Both the position numbers and the translations under genes were made by a program. The notes beneath the pieces are model-generated. The model did not search any database, was not told the DNA's origin, and saw nothing but the letters and a program-made list of their open reading frames with translations. Shown in pieces: positions 1 to 10,102 of a stretch of 64,000 nt of DNA. The stretch is from Candidatus Nomurabacteria bacterium (lineage in GTDB: Bacteria; Patescibacteriota; Minisyncoccia; Phycocordibacterales; UBA918): NCBI GenBank assembly GCA_023898565.1, contig CP060228.1, positions 696,995 to 760,994 on the forward strand, given 5' to 3'. Numbering within the stretch: the first letter of the stretch is position 1; every line of letters begins with the position of its first letter.

Positions 1-211
1 CGAAAAAAGCGCGGGGTGTGCCGTGTTGGCAGCAATTGCAGCTGGCGACATTACTGAACGGGAGTTTCGGAACTACCAAAAACTTTTAATGGAGCGTGCG
101 TACCAGGAGAGTAAGGGAATGACTAATAGTCAGCGATTTAACGACCAGCTTCAAAAACGGCGTAGTCAACGTGACGAGGCGATTAGACGACACCGTTTGA
201 GTCGGCGGTGA
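1..211 (+). CDS. C-terminal fragment of a hypothetical protein; the frame is open to the window edge
   Basis: The frame of listed ORF 23..211 stays open back to nt 2, so the gene probably starts upstream of the window. Arg-rich C-terminus; no family recognised. Confidence 0.35.
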   Translation, partial: EKSAGCAVLAAIAAGDITEREFRNYQKLLMERAYQESKGMTNSQRFNDQLQKRRSQRDEAIRRHRLSRR

Positions 212-223
212 TATACTTAGCGT

Positions 224-424
224 ATGGAAATAAATTGGATGGTAATCGTTTACACGCTTTTGCTGATTGATAGCATGGGTGCCATTATTATGTCGTGGTT
301 CGGACAGAAGTGGTGGCTGCAGTATACCGGCTTCATGGCAAAGTATTTTCCGCCAGCAAAAGGCTGGTCACTTTTGTACTTTGTACTCGTACTTGTGATT
401 GGTCACTTGCTTGGATTGCTGTAA
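224..424 (+). CDS. small hydrophobic hypothetical protein
   Basis: 66-aa ORF with two predicted TM helices; no family recognised. Confidence 0.3.
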   Translation: MEINWMVIVYTLLLIDSMGAIIMSWFGQKWWLQYTGFMAKYFPPAKGWSLLYFVLVLVIGHLLGLL

Positions 425-495
425 GAAAAGTTGTTTTTGTGCGTCATAAGAAGTGGATTTAATCCGTTCTTTAACTTCTTTCGAGGTGTACAAAA

Positions 496-906
496 GTGAA
501 AATACGATGTAGCGTGCTCCGCCCGGTATCTTTATCTCTGATGGTTGCTGTTTCGGCAATGGTCGGTGTTAAAGACGCGCAGGCGGAGCCTCAGGTCATG
601 CACGTTGAGGTTTCTCACTATGGCGGCGGCGGCCCAAACGAGTGCGGCAAGGACCGTGAGTGTCACGGTGCTCGCACTGCTTGTGGCCAGGTCTTTAATA
701 TGTACGGCATTTCTGTCGCACACAAATCACTGCCGTGTGGAACTGAAGTACAGTTCTGCTACGGCAGTCGTTGTGTGGTGGCGAAAGTCACTGACCGTGG
801 TCCGTACGTGGAGGGACGCAGTTTCGATCTCTCTTATGGAGCTGCACGCAAACTCGGCATTGTCGAGGATGGTGTTGCTCGCGTTATGGCGAGAATCATC
901 AATTGA
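496..906 (+). CDS. RlpA-like double-psi beta-barrel (DPBB) domain protein, secreted
   Basis: Signal peptide. DPBB-type motifs VSHYG, TACGQ, VAHKSLPCG, VTDRGPYVEGRSFDLSYGAARKLG. GTG start at 496 with GAGGTG SD 7 nt upstream. Confidence 0.65.
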   Translation: MKIRCSVLRPVSLSLMVAVSAMVGVKDAQAEPQVMHVEVSHYGGGGPNECGKDRECHGARTACGQVFNMYGISVAHKSLPCGTEVQFCYGSRCVVAKVTDRGPYVEGRSFDLSYGAARKLGIVEDGVARVMARIIN

Positions 907-919
907 CCGATGACATTTA

Positions 920-946
920 CAGGGCCTAATGGCCCTGTTTTTTATA
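920..946 (+). terminator. intrinsic terminator
   Basis: Hairpin cagggcc-taat-ggccctg followed by TTTTTTAT. Confidence 0.6.
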
Positions 947-1018
947 TCTCACTAGAGTCTTACTTGTCTTGCGTGTATACTTGTACTACTTAGATTAATT
1001 GCACGTAGTAACCCTAGT

Positions 1019-1810
1019 ATGGAAGAAAAAAACACACAATCAAATGAGAGTTCTGTAGTATCAGCGCATCCAACTGCCAGTGATTTTGCACCAATGAGTA
1101 CGCAGCATCAGTCATCACTTGTAAAAGATTTGGCAGTGCCAATTTCTATCGTTATTGCAGGGATGTTTATTGGCGCTGGATTATACTTCAGTGGCGGTTC
1201 AGCAGCACCTGTCCCTGCAGCTGCTGTAGCCGAAGCTGAGGCTGATAATACTGGTAAGGTTGATCCGGTGGTTGAAGGAGATCACATCAAAGGATCACTT
1301 GAGGCGCCAATCAAGGTGGTTGAGTTTTCTGATTTCGACTGCCCATTTTGTAGCCGTTTCCATGAAGTAATGGACCAGGTGGTGGCAAAGTATGATGATG
1401 TTGCCTGGGTGTATCGTCACATGCCGCTTGAGCAGTTGCATCCCAATGCGCCGTATGTAGCAGTTGCATCCGAGTGTGTTGCGGAGCTGGCAGGCAATGA
1501 CGGTTTTTGGAAATTTACTGACGCGTATTTTGCTGCCCGTGGAGCTGGTGAACAAACTGCTCATGAAACACTAGTTACGACTCTTGCTGCCAATGCGGGG
1601 GTGACTAAAGCTGCACTTACAGAGTGCTTGGAGAGCGGCCGCAATAACAGCAAGGTGCAAGATGATGTAAATGATGCAGTCGAAACTGGTGGTCGTGGTA
1701 CGCCGTGGAGCATCATCATTGGTCCGTCTGGTAAGACATATCCAATCAACGGTGCGTTGCCGCAGGCTGCAGTCGAGCAGCTCATTGAGGCTGCGCGTAG
1801 TGATGCGTAA
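1019..1810 (+). CDS. DsbA-family thiol:disulfide oxidoreductase, membrane-anchored
   Basis: N-terminal TM anchor. Thioredoxin-fold motif FSDFDCPFCSRFH (CPFC active site). C-terminal GTPWSIIIG cis-Pro loop region. Confidence 0.7.
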   Translation: MEEKNTQSNESSVVSAHPTASDFAPMSTQHQSSLVKDLAVPISIVIAGMFIGAGLYFSGGSAAPVPAAAVAEAEADNTGKVDPVVEGDHIKGSLEAPIKVVEFSDFDCPFCSRFHEVMDQVVAKYDDVAWVYRHMPLEQLHPNAPYVAVASECVAELAGNDGFWKFTDAYFAARGAGEQTAHETLVTTLAANAGVTKAALTECLESGRNNSKVQDDVNDAVETGGRGTPWSIIIGPSGKTYPINGALPQAAVEQLIEAARSDA

Positions 1811-1816
1811 GCTCAT

Positions 1817-2365
1817 ATGATTCTACCGGTTCTTCGTCGTGTGTTTTACGAGGGTCGGTACGTGACGTTTGCAGCAGTTGTTGCGTTACTGGTGGTGAGT
1901 GCGATGTTGTTACTGCCGAACCTGAGTGTAATCGTTCAGGTGTTTGGTGTGTCCACTTTGAGTTTTTGGGAAAAAATGTCGTTTGTACTTTCATTGTACG
2001 GCACAATTGAAACAAACTTCACACTTTTTTCAGCGGTTAATTTAATTCTGTTAGCAGTTCTTTCGGGTGTAAATCTGGCTCTACTTCGGTATTACATTAA
2101 ACGTCAGCAAGTTGTTACAAAAAACGCCAAGCTGCATGTGGTCAGTGTTGGTGGTATTTTGAGTGGCTTTTTTGGCGTTGGTTGTGCTGCCTGTGGATCG
2201 GTGATTGCCACAGCGCTTTTAAGTTCGCTGGGAGCCGGCTGGCTTATTGCACTGTTACCGCTTCATGGTGTCGAGTTTGGAATCGTTGGAGTTATTCTGT
2301 TGCTGGTTTCAATCAGGTACCTTATCAAAAAAATCAGTGACCCTCTCACGTGTCGAGTTGATTAG
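1817..2365 (+). CDS. polytopic membrane protein with a CXXC motif, possibly the DsbB/VKOR-like redox partner of the adjacent DsbA
   Basis: 182 aa, 4-5 TM helices, GVGCAACGSV motif within a TM region; 6 nt downstream of the DsbA gene. Family assignment is inference. Confidence 0.35.
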   Translation: MILPVLRRVFYEGRYVTFAAVVALLVVSAMLLLPNLSVIVQVFGVSTLSFWEKMSFVLSLYGTIETNFTLFSAVNLILLAVLSGVNLALLRYYIKRQQVVTKNAKLHVVSVGGILSGFFGVGCAACGSVIATALLSSLGAGWLIALLPLHGVEFGIVGVILLLVSIRYLIKKISDPLTCRVD

Positions 2366-3363
2366 GAGCCTCGGCCATACAAGCTGCGCAATTTGCTCAC
2401 ATGCTCTTCATATGTAGGTGAGCAGTAGTAGTTTTTCTTGTCGTGAAAATAAAATAGGCAGTCAGTTATAACAGGATTAAGTGCCGCGAGAATTGCTTCA
2501 GCAGAAGGGTTGGCAATGGGAGCTGGAGGTAGCCCGTCGTACTTGTACGTATTGAATGGAGATTCAAGGTATTTATCAGCTGGCTGTACCAGCGGCCACC
2601 AGACTGACTGATACGGGCTGCTGCCTTTTACATACTGTAGTGTTGCGTCAAGTTGGAGAGGCATATTGTTAAACAGTCGATTCCAGATTACTCCTGATAC
2701 TTCGCGCATGTTGTCAAAATCACTCGCTTCACGCTCAATTAATGAGGCAATAATAAGTGCATCTTCGAGCGGAACTTGATTGCGTACTTCGGTGGTGTAG
2801 TGATTGAGAATAGTGGTTTGGAAAGAGTTACTAATGAGGGTGTACATATCAAGCGGTGTCGCGCCTTTGTGAGTGACGTATTGGCCAGGAAAGTACTTTC
2901 CTTCGGACAGAATTGGAGCTGAAGTGTCCATTAGGCGCATGAATTCTTCACGCTCGGCTTTCCCCCAATGTAAAATGTCACTCATGTGCTTGCTGACTTC
3001 CTCTTTTCGTTCACCTGGCCAAATGACTGCAATGCGGCTAACGGGTGAAGCGAGGTTTTGGTACCAGTGTTTATCAGAAAAGGCTGCAGCAACCTTATTC
3101 CACCAGTGGTCGGTTGAGCGAGGGTCAATCGCTAAGGTGTTGTGGTAGAACTGGTTGACGGTGACGTTTTCTGCAATTGTCTTGGTATGTACATTTACGC
3201 TCACCGGGAACGGTTTGGTGGTCTCGGTGGCAATTCTGCGCTCGGCTGCACCAAGAATAATGCTTTTTGAGACAAGCAACAACACGATGCCGCAGAGCGC
3301 AAGCAGGGTAAGTGAAAAGACAAGTACGTAAACCAGGCGGACAATTGTAGATAATTTCAACAT
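2362..3363 (-). CDS. mltG: endolytic murein transglycosylase MltG (YceG family)
   Basis: N-terminal TM anchor; YceG-like C-terminal motifs NTYKYDGLPPAPIANPS and FYFHDKKNYYCSPTYEEH. Confidence 0.75.
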   Translation of the reverse strand: MLKLSTIVRLVYVLVFSLTLLALCGIVLLLVSKSIILGAAERRIATETTKPFPVSVNVHTKTIAENVTVNQFYHNTLAIDPRSTDHWWNKVAAAFSDKHWYQNLASPVSRIAVIWPGERKEEVSKHMSDILHWGKAEREEFMRLMDTSAPILSEGKYFPGQYVTHKGATPLDMYTLISNSFQTTILNHYTTEVRNQVPLEDALIIASLIEREASDFDNMREVSGVIWNRLFNNMPLQLDATLQYVKGSSPYQSVWWPLVQPADKYLESPFNTYKYDGLPPAPIANPSAEAILAALNPVITDCLFYFHDKKNYYCSPTYEEHVSKLRSLYGRGS

Positions 3364-3462
3364 CGATTAATTATGCCACGTCTCTTTTTATGAAACTCTT
3401 GTTTTAAACGGTTTTCTGTTGGTGATACAATGAAGTGACCTATTCATAAGTAATATATTTCT

Positions 3463-4095
3463 ATGAGAAACGTTTTAATTTTAGGTCTAGTGGCAGTTGG
3501 CATAGCCGGCTTTGGATACTTTGCACTTTTTTCTACTCCAGCACAGCACATGGCCGAAGAAGCCAAGGAGAGTGCTGACGAGCTATCGGCTGAATCAACA
3601 AAAACTCCTGCGGTGGCAGAGCCACGAGAGGGAACAGGAACGTTGGAGTATTTGCGACTGTTGGGAGAAGATCTTGAGTGTGTCATCCTCTACGAGGATA
3701 CTGAGAGGCAGCACACGGTTGAGGGAACGTACTTTGTTAGTGCTGGTAGTATGCGAGGCGATTTTTTGACGGAATCTCCGGATTTGACTGGAAAGGTGTT
3801 ATCATCAATGATTATTGATGGGCAAGATATGTATGTCTGGAGTGATATCGAAGGCCAACTGTATGGGATGAAAGTAGATTTGTCTTTGACAGCAAATGGT
3901 GCTGTTGATACACATGAACCAGTGGCACTTGATAAGGCTGTGCGGTATGACTGTAAACCGTGGCCAAATGTCGATCGAACCGTCTTTACGCCACCGGCAA
4001 CAGTTATGTTCCAGGATATGAGCACGCTGATGCAATCAGGTATGGAATATGGCACGGTTTATGATCGTGAGACAATGATGGCGCCCGAATTTTAG
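3463..4095 (+). CDS. hypothetical membrane-anchored/exported protein
   Basis: N-terminal TM/signal segment. TGATACAAT extended -10 upstream. No family recognised. Confidence 0.4.
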   Translation: MRNVLILGLVAVGIAGFGYFALFSTPAQHMAEEAKESADELSAESTKTPAVAEPREGTGTLEYLRLLGEDLECVILYEDTERQHTVEGTYFVSAGSMRGDFLTESPDLTGKVLSSMIIDGQDMYVWSDIEGQLYGMKVDLSLTANGAVDTHEPVALDKAVRYDCKPWPNVDRTVFTPPATVMFQDMSTLMQSGMEYGTVYDRETMMAPEF

Positions 4096-4103
4096 CTGGT
4101 TTG

Positions 4104-4139
4104 TAAAAGCCGCGCCCACTTCGTGGGCGCGGCTTTTAC
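4104..4139. terminator. bidirectional intrinsic terminator between convergent genes
   Basis: aaagccgcgccc-actt-cgtgggcgcggcttt hairpin with A-run and T-run flanks. Confidence 0.6.
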
Positions 4140-4146
4140 CTTGTAA

Positions 4147-4506
4147 TCACAAGCGTGGTAACGCTACCACTACGAGGGTGATTAGTAAAAATATCCCGGC
4201 TACCAATACAGCGGCAGCTGCCATATCTTTACTGTGTTTGATTGTGTCGTGTAGCTCGGGGTGGAGTTTGTCGAGTGCTGCTTCAAGGGCGGAGTTTTGG
4301 AGTTCGGTAATAATAATAAGGGTACAAGCTAGAACAACGAACAAAAGCTCAGTGGAGCTAAGCGGTGTCAAAAAGTAGCAGGTACTCATTCCGACCAAGA
4401 TCGCCAGATAGAGCTGGGTGCGAATGCCGAAGTCGTTTTTAAAACCGTACGTAAGCCCACGAATCGCATGGGGAAACCGGTTGAAATAGCGTGTAATCAT
4501 ACTCAT
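4147..4506 (-). CDS. dgkA: diacylglycerol/undecaprenol kinase (DgkA family)
   Basis: 119 aa, 3 TM helices; DgkA-like motifs ITELQNSALEAALD and C-terminal AAAAVLVAGIFLL. Confidence 0.7.
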   Translation of the reverse strand: MSMITRYFNRFPHAIRGLTYGFKNDFGIRTQLYLAILVGMSTCYFLTPLSSTELLFVVLACTLIIITELQNSALEAALDKLHPELHDTIKHSKDMAAAAVLVAGIFLLITLVVVALPRL

Positions 4507-4524
4507 TTAGTATAACTCAGACTT

Positions 4525-5256
4525 CTACTTAAAATCCTTCTCGGCGTAGATTGAGATGGTGCGACGCTTACGAGCTTTGCCGTGGTAGCTGTGCTTGTGC
4601 GAACGATAAATCTTGCGCACGATAAATTTTTCACTCAAAAAGTCAACGAGCTCTTTTTCGCTGTAGACATACTCTGGCACGCCCATGACGGGGTGTATAT
4701 AAGAGCCTTCTTCCGCGCCAGGATGGTCTTTAAGGAGGCGCGCGGTGTGTAAATCAGCATCCTTGAGGAAGGTTTTCATGAAAAAGTGGCCGCCGGGAAC
4801 GAGTACGCGGAAAAGTTCGTCCCGCAATGCAAGACGCTCTTCTCTATTTAAAAAGTGTGATGCCATCATGTCGAGTACCAATGCCTGGCTTTCGTCTGTT
4901 GCTGGTAGTGGCTTTCCGGCACTGCCGACATGGTAGGTGATAGGGAGCGCCTTTGAGAGTTGTTTGGCTTGGGCGATGGCAGCTGAGGATATATCGACAC
5001 CAGTGCCGTGCATGCCAAACTCTTGCGCTAGAAAAATCAAATTACGACCATTTCCACAACCTGCATCGAGTGCGTGCAGTTCTGGTTGGAGTAAGTCAGG
5101 ACGAGTACGATTAAGCCAACGGGTAAATTTTGCCAAATCCTCACTGACGTTTTCTGAGAGTTTTAAGTGCTCTGGGTTGGTATATTCTTTATCCCAAAAT
5201 GTCGCGCCGTGTACCTTGCGCTTTTTCTTGCGAGTGAAGTTTGGTTTCATTGCCAT
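4525..5256 (-). CDS. class I SAM-dependent methyltransferase
   Basis: Motif I LDAGCGNGRNLIFLA, acidic motif II GVDIS. Basic Lys/Arg-rich N- and C-terminal tails. Confidence 0.65.
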   Translation of the reverse strand: MAMKPNFTRKKKRKVHGATFWDKEYTNPEHLKLSENVSEDLAKFTRWLNRTRPDLLQPELHALDAGCGNGRNLIFLAQEFGMHGTGVDISSAAIAQAKQLSKALPITYHVGSAGKPLPATDESQALVLDMMASHFLNREERLALRDELFRVLVPGGHFFMKTFLKDADLHTARLLKDHPGAEEGSYIHPVMGVPEYVYSEKELVDFLSEKFIVRKIYRSHKHSYHGKARKRRTISIYAEKDFK

Positions 5257-5316
5257 AAGCGCTAAAAATACAATAAATTAATACGTCTGTCTACACTGCT
5301 GCCCTGGCAGGCTCTT

Positions 5317-7959
5317 CTACACCAAAAAGCGGTTGGCAAACCATTTAGCTGCTTCTACCACTACAATGTTTACAAGGCTCCATGCCAGTACAAAGCCGAC
5401 CCAAATCAGTGGCAGCGGCTCAACAGCAAATGTTTCGCGCAACAAGGGTACGGTGAAAGTGGCAATGAGAATCAAGGCGCCAATGCCAACACCTGCTAGC
5501 AGTGTGTGGTTTTCGGTTAGTGAATACTGGTAGACGGGACGGCTGAGGTCGCGGAATGAGAAAGCAATAAACAGCGTGTACGAGCCAAAACTGGCAAATA
5601 TGATGGCTCTAGCCAGCTCAACTGCTAAGCCAAGACTGAGGAGTGCAAGGTATAGGCCAAAGAGCATCAGTGAGACGACAATGCCAATGAAAATAGTAAG
5701 AAATACCACGCGAGGATTGAAGAAATCTTTGCTGGTCACCTCACTTTCTTTCATCTTTTGGCGATCAAAGGCAAAAGCAATAGCTGGTAGGCTGCCGGTA
5801 AAGAGATTGACCCAGATAATCTGCACGGCAGAAAGTGGCAGTGCGACACCGGCCAGGATTGCGCCGCCAATCAAAATGAGCTCGTCCAGCGCGTTTGACA
5901 TTAAGTACACGAACATTTTTTTTATATTGGCCAAGATCTGCTTGCCCTCTTCAATGGTCGCGACAATTGTTTTGAAGTTATCGTCAAGCAAAATAAGATC
6001 AGCGACGCTTTTGGCTACGTCACTTCCTGAGCCAACAGCGATGCCAATGTTGGCAGCTTTAAGCGATGGGGAGTCGTTTACACCATCTCCAGTCATTGCC
6101 ACAATTTCACCACGGGCTTGGAAGAGTTTTGTGACACGAAGCTTATCTTTGGGTGTTACTCGAGCATAGATGCTGATGCGATCGAGTAGGTCAATGAGCT
6201 CTTCATCTGAGAGTTGTTGTAGTTGAGCTCCGGTAAGGACGTTTGCTTCACTCACCTCCCAGCCAACTTCGCGAGCAATTGCCAGCGCTGTGCCAGGCAG
6301 GTCACCGGTAGCCATGACCACGCGAGTGCCATATGAGCTGATGCGCTTTAGGGCTTCTGGCACTTCCGGTCGAATCGGGTCATGAAAACTGAGTACACCA
6401 AGGAACATGAGGTTGGTTACATGCTCGACAGTAATAGCAGTTGGGTCTGTGTGCGGAGTAAGGAGGGCAATGCCGAGTACTCGCCGGCCGTACTTGCTGT
6501 GTTCATTAACCGATGCCTTTAACTGTTCCTTAATTTCGTGCTCGTAGTACGAACGATCGATGAGTATGTCTGGAGCACCCATGACCACGTGAGGGTCTTC
6601 GAATTGTGCAAAATCTTTTGGAAGATAACCGCTGGGGATACGTACTACAGAAAACTTATACTTCGAGCTGAACGGGATACGAATCTGAATGTCAGAACGA
6701 TCTGCCGCGGTTTGTCTTATACCGTGTGCTCCAGCGGCGCGAACAATGTTGGTTTCTAGGCCTGATCCATTCATAACCCAGACACTCGGATCTTCCTCAG
6801 GGTTTTCAATGACTACGTCGGAGGCAGAGCGAGCAAGAAGCAAAATGTCGTGTTGTATGTCGGTAAACTGTCCTTCGCTATCTGAAGGTGTAAATTCAGG
6901 CTCCAGAAGCTGCTTGGTCGAATCAATGTCGATAAGCTGCATATTAGCTTGGGTCAAGGTGCCGGTCTTGTCGGTGATAATCACAGACGTTGAACCAAGC
7001 GTTTCAGCTGCGGTAAGACTGCGCATGATGCCGTTCTTTTCTGCAATGCGGGTGACGCCAATAGCCAAAATTGAGGTGAGGCCAATGGGGAGAGCTTCAG
7101 GCACCGAGCCGACAAACACTGCGATTGAAATGACCAACATCTCCACTAGCTCACGATCTTGCCATAGGCCAATGGCAAAAAGCGCCACTACTGCAATACT
7201 GGTGAAAATAATAATGACCCACGTGAGCTTGGCGAGTGCCTTCTGGAGTGGAGTAAGCTCAGCTTCGGTTTCGTCAACCATGCGGGCAAGCTTGCCAATC
7301 TCGGTGTCGTAGCCGGTTGCGGTTACAACAGCATAGGCGGAACCGTCGATACCGAGTGTGCCGGCGTAGAGCATGTTGGTGCGTTCGGGCAGGGTGGCAG
7401 TTTCCGAGAGTGGCTCAATAGTTTTTTCCACCGGAAGTGATTCGCCAGTCAAAATGGCCTCGTCAGCGGTGAAGTTTATTTCTTTTATGATACGCGCATC
7501 GGCCGTGATGCGGGCACCGTGAGTAACATGGAGGATATCGCCAGGCACGATATACCTTGGATCAATTTCTGACTCATGGCCGTCACGAATTACCAAGGTG
7601 CGATGGGTAATGTACGACTTGAGGCTGTCGATGGCTCGCTCTGCTTTGTACTCTTGTATAAAGCCCAAAATAGCGTTCACGATTACAGCAAACGCGATAA
7701 TCGACATGTCGAGCCACTCTTGCAGGCCGGCAGTAATGACTGTCGCGATACAAAGGATAATGATAAGCGGGCTAGTGAATTGTTGCAGTAAAATGGTCAT
7801 CGGCCCCTTCTTTTGTTCTGATTCAAAAATATTTTCGCCGAATTCCTTGCGGCGAGTGACTGCCTCAACTTCTGTGAGACCATGTTGCTCGTTAGTGTGA
7901 AGCGCGTTTAGTACTTCTTCCTCAGCGTCTGACCAAGGTCTATGCGGTGTGCTAATCAT
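5317..7959 (-). CDS. cation-transporting P-type ATPase (type IIA, Ca2+/Mg2+-like)
   Basis: 880 aa. TGESLPVEK, phosphorylation site DKTGTLT, hinge MTGDGVNDSPSLKAANIGIAVG, about 10 TM helices. Confidence 0.85.
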   Translation of the reverse strand: MISTPHRPWSDAEEEVLNALHTNEQHGLTEVEAVTRRKEFGENIFESEQKKGPMTILLQQFTSPLIIILCIATVITAGLQEWLDMSIIAFAVIVNAILGFIQEYKAERAIDSLKSYITHRTLVIRDGHESEIDPRYIVPGDILHVTHGARITADARIIKEINFTADEAILTGESLPVEKTIEPLSETATLPERTNMLYAGTLGIDGSAYAVVTATGYDTEIGKLARMVDETEAELTPLQKALAKLTWVIIIFTSIAVVALFAIGLWQDRELVEMLVISIAVFVGSVPEALPIGLTSILAIGVTRIAEKNGIMRSLTAAETLGSTSVIITDKTGTLTQANMQLIDIDSTKQLLEPEFTPSDSEGQFTDIQHDILLLARSASDVVIENPEEDPSVWVMNGSGLETNIVRAAGAHGIRQTAADRSDIQIRIPFSSKYKFSVVRIPSGYLPKDFAQFEDPHVVMGAPDILIDRSYYEHEIKEQLKASVNEHSKYGRRVLGIALLTPHTDPTAITVEHVTNLMFLGVLSFHDPIRPEVPEALKRISSYGTRVVMATGDLPGTALAIAREVGWEVSEANVLTGAQLQQLSDEELIDLLDRISIYARVTPKDKLRVTKLFQARGEIVAMTGDGVNDSPSLKAANIGIAVGSGSDVAKSVADLILLDDNFKTIVATIEEGKQILANIKKMFVYLMSNALDELILIGGAILAGVALPLSAVQIIWVNLFTGSLPAIAFAFDRQKMKESEVTSKDFFNPRVVFLTIFIGIVVSLMLFGLYLALLSLGLAVELARAIIFASFGSYTLFIAFSFRDLSRPVYQYSLTENHTLLAGVGIGALILIATFTVPLLRETFAVEPLPLIWVGFVLAWSLVNIVVVEAAKWFANRFLV

Positions 7960-8031
7960 AGGTTAAGTGTACCAAACTACTTTTTGTCTAGGGTGAGCAG
8001 ATGTGGGCTAGTGTGGTACACTGCTTTTTAT

Positions 8032-8694
8032 ATGAAAAATCCATGGGTAATTATCGGCATCATCTGTGTCGCGCTCTTCGGCGGAGCGATTTGGTATTCA
8101 GGCTCTTCGGCGGAGCAATATAATGAAGGTTTGATTGAAACAGAACACGTAAAGGGCAATTCGGAAGCATCGGTGGTGCTGTTGGAGTACAGTGATTTGC
8201 AGTGTCCAGCGTGTGCTGCGTTTCAGCCAGCACTTAGTAGTGTACTTGAGGCTTATGGTGACAATCTTCGCTTTGAGTATCGGCATTTTCCACTACCGAT
8301 TCATCCACATTCAGTAGAAGCGGCCGTGGCTTCTGAAGCAGCTGCACAGCAAGGTAAATTCTTCGAGTTTAGCGATATGCTCTTTGAGCGACAGCAGGAG
8401 TGGGCAGGTATGGCTGTGCCACAGACGCAGTTTGTAAAGTATGCCGATGAACTTGGTATGGATGTTGATTTGTTTCGCAAGCAGCTCCGTGCGCCAAACC
8501 TAAAAGATAAAGTGCAGGCGCAGTTCAATGAAGCTCGTGAGCTTGGTCTAACTGGTACTCCAACTTTCTTTCTTAATGGCAAGAAGATGGAGATGGAGTC
8601 ATATCAAGACTTTATTACGCAGATTGCACTAGCAGTAAATCCTGAAACGGCATCGAGCACCAATGATGAGTCAGGTGTTACGTTTGGTTTCTAA
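8032..8694 (+). CDS. DsbA/BdbD-family thiol:disulfide oxidoreductase, membrane-anchored
   Basis: N-terminal TM; YSDLQCPACAAF (CPAC active site) thioredoxin fold. ATG at 8032 preceded by TGGTACACT -10-like box; the upstream extension of listed ORF 7942 overlaps the ATPase gene and is rejected. Confidence 0.7.
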   Translation: MKNPWVIIGIICVALFGGAIWYSGSSAEQYNEGLIETEHVKGNSEASVVLLEYSDLQCPACAAFQPALSSVLEAYGDNLRFEYRHFPLPIHPHSVEAAVASEAAAQQGKFFEFSDMLFERQQEWAGMAVPQTQFVKYADELGMDVDLFRKQLRAPNLKDKVQAQFNEARELGLTGTPTFFLNGKKMEMESYQDFITQIALAVNPETASSTNDESGVTFGF

Positions 8695-8702
8695 GGTGCC
8701 TT

Positions 8703-9956
8703 ATGAAGCAGTCTAAGGTAGTTGCGGTTACTGGAACTAAAGGAAAAACGACTGTTGTCACTGTTCTCGCAGAAGTTTTACGTGCGCTTACCAAAAAGGA
8801 TACGATTCACGTCACCACGACGGGACATTTTGTGAACGGGGAGCGTCGAAGTACGCTCGATGAATCATTAGCGACATGGGGTTTGGTTCCTTCGGTCTGT
8901 CCGGGGCGGTACCTATATGAAAGTTTGTCTTTCAAGGAAAGAGGAGTTGCTGTCCTCGAGTCATCTCTTGGGAGTAGCAGTATTAACGGAATGGGATACT
9001 CTTGGCATGAAGTTGGGATTTTTTTAAACGTCTTTAAAGACCATATCGGAAATTCGAGTCGCATTAAGTCACAAGCGGATATTCTCAAGGCAAAAAAATT
9101 TATTTTTACTCGTATTAGACGACACGAGGGTTGGGGGGTCTACAATGCCGACGACGCTCTTATTTGTTCTGCTGTGCCCGACATTGATCCCTCAGTAAGG
9201 CTTGTTTCATTTGGACTTGCCGATGTGGCTGCTAGTGAGCGACATGTGTTTGTTAAAGATGGGATGGTAACGTACCGCACTGCCGACAAGCGTTTAGTTT
9301 CTGTGGTTGCGCTTGCCGATGTTTCTTGGACGTTTCAGGGTTTGTATGAGCCATCGGTCTATAATCTTTTGGCTGTGGTAGCCGGGGTAATTGCGTTTCA
9401 TGAAGGCAACTTGCCACATGTGCTCAGTGAGATTTTGACCAAGATTAAGCTTGACCCGTATGGTGGTAGGTTAACGCTGCTGCGTAACAAGGAAGGTGTC
9501 AGAATCTTGGCTGATTATGCTCATGAAGAACAATCACTGTGCGCTGTCGGTGAGCTGGCGAGGGCTTTGGCTGGCGATGGGGGTCAGGTGATAGGTGTTG
9601 TTCGTTTGGCTTACGATCGCACCGAGCAGCATATTGCGGAGACCGCAAAAGGGATTGCTAAAAGTTTCGATCGATTCGTAGTATATGACAAGATTGACGG
9701 ATATTACCGGCTGCCAAACACACAGCTTCAGAGTAAGCTCTTCACACAGGAGGTTGGAAAGGTGTCAGAGCTTTTAGCGGATCAGCTTTCGGCCAATGGT
9801 GCTGCTAAGGTTGATCGAATTCTTCGTGAAGATGAAGCGATTACATTTGCTGCCAAAGAAGCGAGGGCGGGCGACGTGGTCGTACATATTGTAAATGACG
9901 ACATCACTCGATCGGTCAATTGGCTGCGAGAATACTTTGGTGCTGACTTTGTCTAA
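8703..9956 (+). CDS. Mur-ligase-family protein (central and C-terminal domains only; CphA M-domain/CapB/MurT-like)
   Basis: P-loop VAVTGTKGKTT at residues 7-17. Mur-ligase signature ESSLGSS...NVFKDHIG. No N-terminal MurC/D/E-type domain. Confidence 0.65.
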   Translation: MKQSKVVAVTGTKGKTTVVTVLAEVLRALTKKDTIHVTTTGHFVNGERRSTLDESLATWGLVPSVCPGRYLYESLSFKERGVAVLESSLGSSSINGMGYSWHEVGIFLNVFKDHIGNSSRIKSQADILKAKKFIFTRIRRHEGWGVYNADDALICSAVPDIDPSVRLVSFGLADVAASERHVFVKDGMVTYRTADKRLVSVVALADVSWTFQGLYEPSVYNLLAVVAGVIAFHEGNLPHVLSEILTKIKLDPYGGRLTLLRNKEGVRILADYAHEEQSLCAVGELARALAGDGGQVIGVVRLAYDRTEQHIAETAKGIAKSFDRFVVYDKIDGYYRLPNTQLQSKLFTQEVGKVSELLADQLSANGAAKVDRILREDEAITFAAKEARAGDVVVHIVNDDITRSVNWLREYFGADFV

Positions 9957-10102
9957 GTTTTGTCAAGAGTTGTCACTGCACAAGATGTGTGTTGGCATTG
10001 GAATTTACACTAATTCCGGTGTATGCTTTTAGCTGTCTGAATACAGCGTTCTGGATATGCAGTGTGATTGAATAACTGCTTTTTTATTTTTTAAGCATTC
10101 TT

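Noticed and set aside
5576-7312. Long plus-strand ORFs (5576..6169, 6689..7312 and others) antisense to the P-type ATPase gene
   Set aside because: They are shadow ORFs inside a well-supported 880-aa minus-strand gene with all P-type ATPase motifs. They have low-complexity Ser/Ala-rich translations and no SD.
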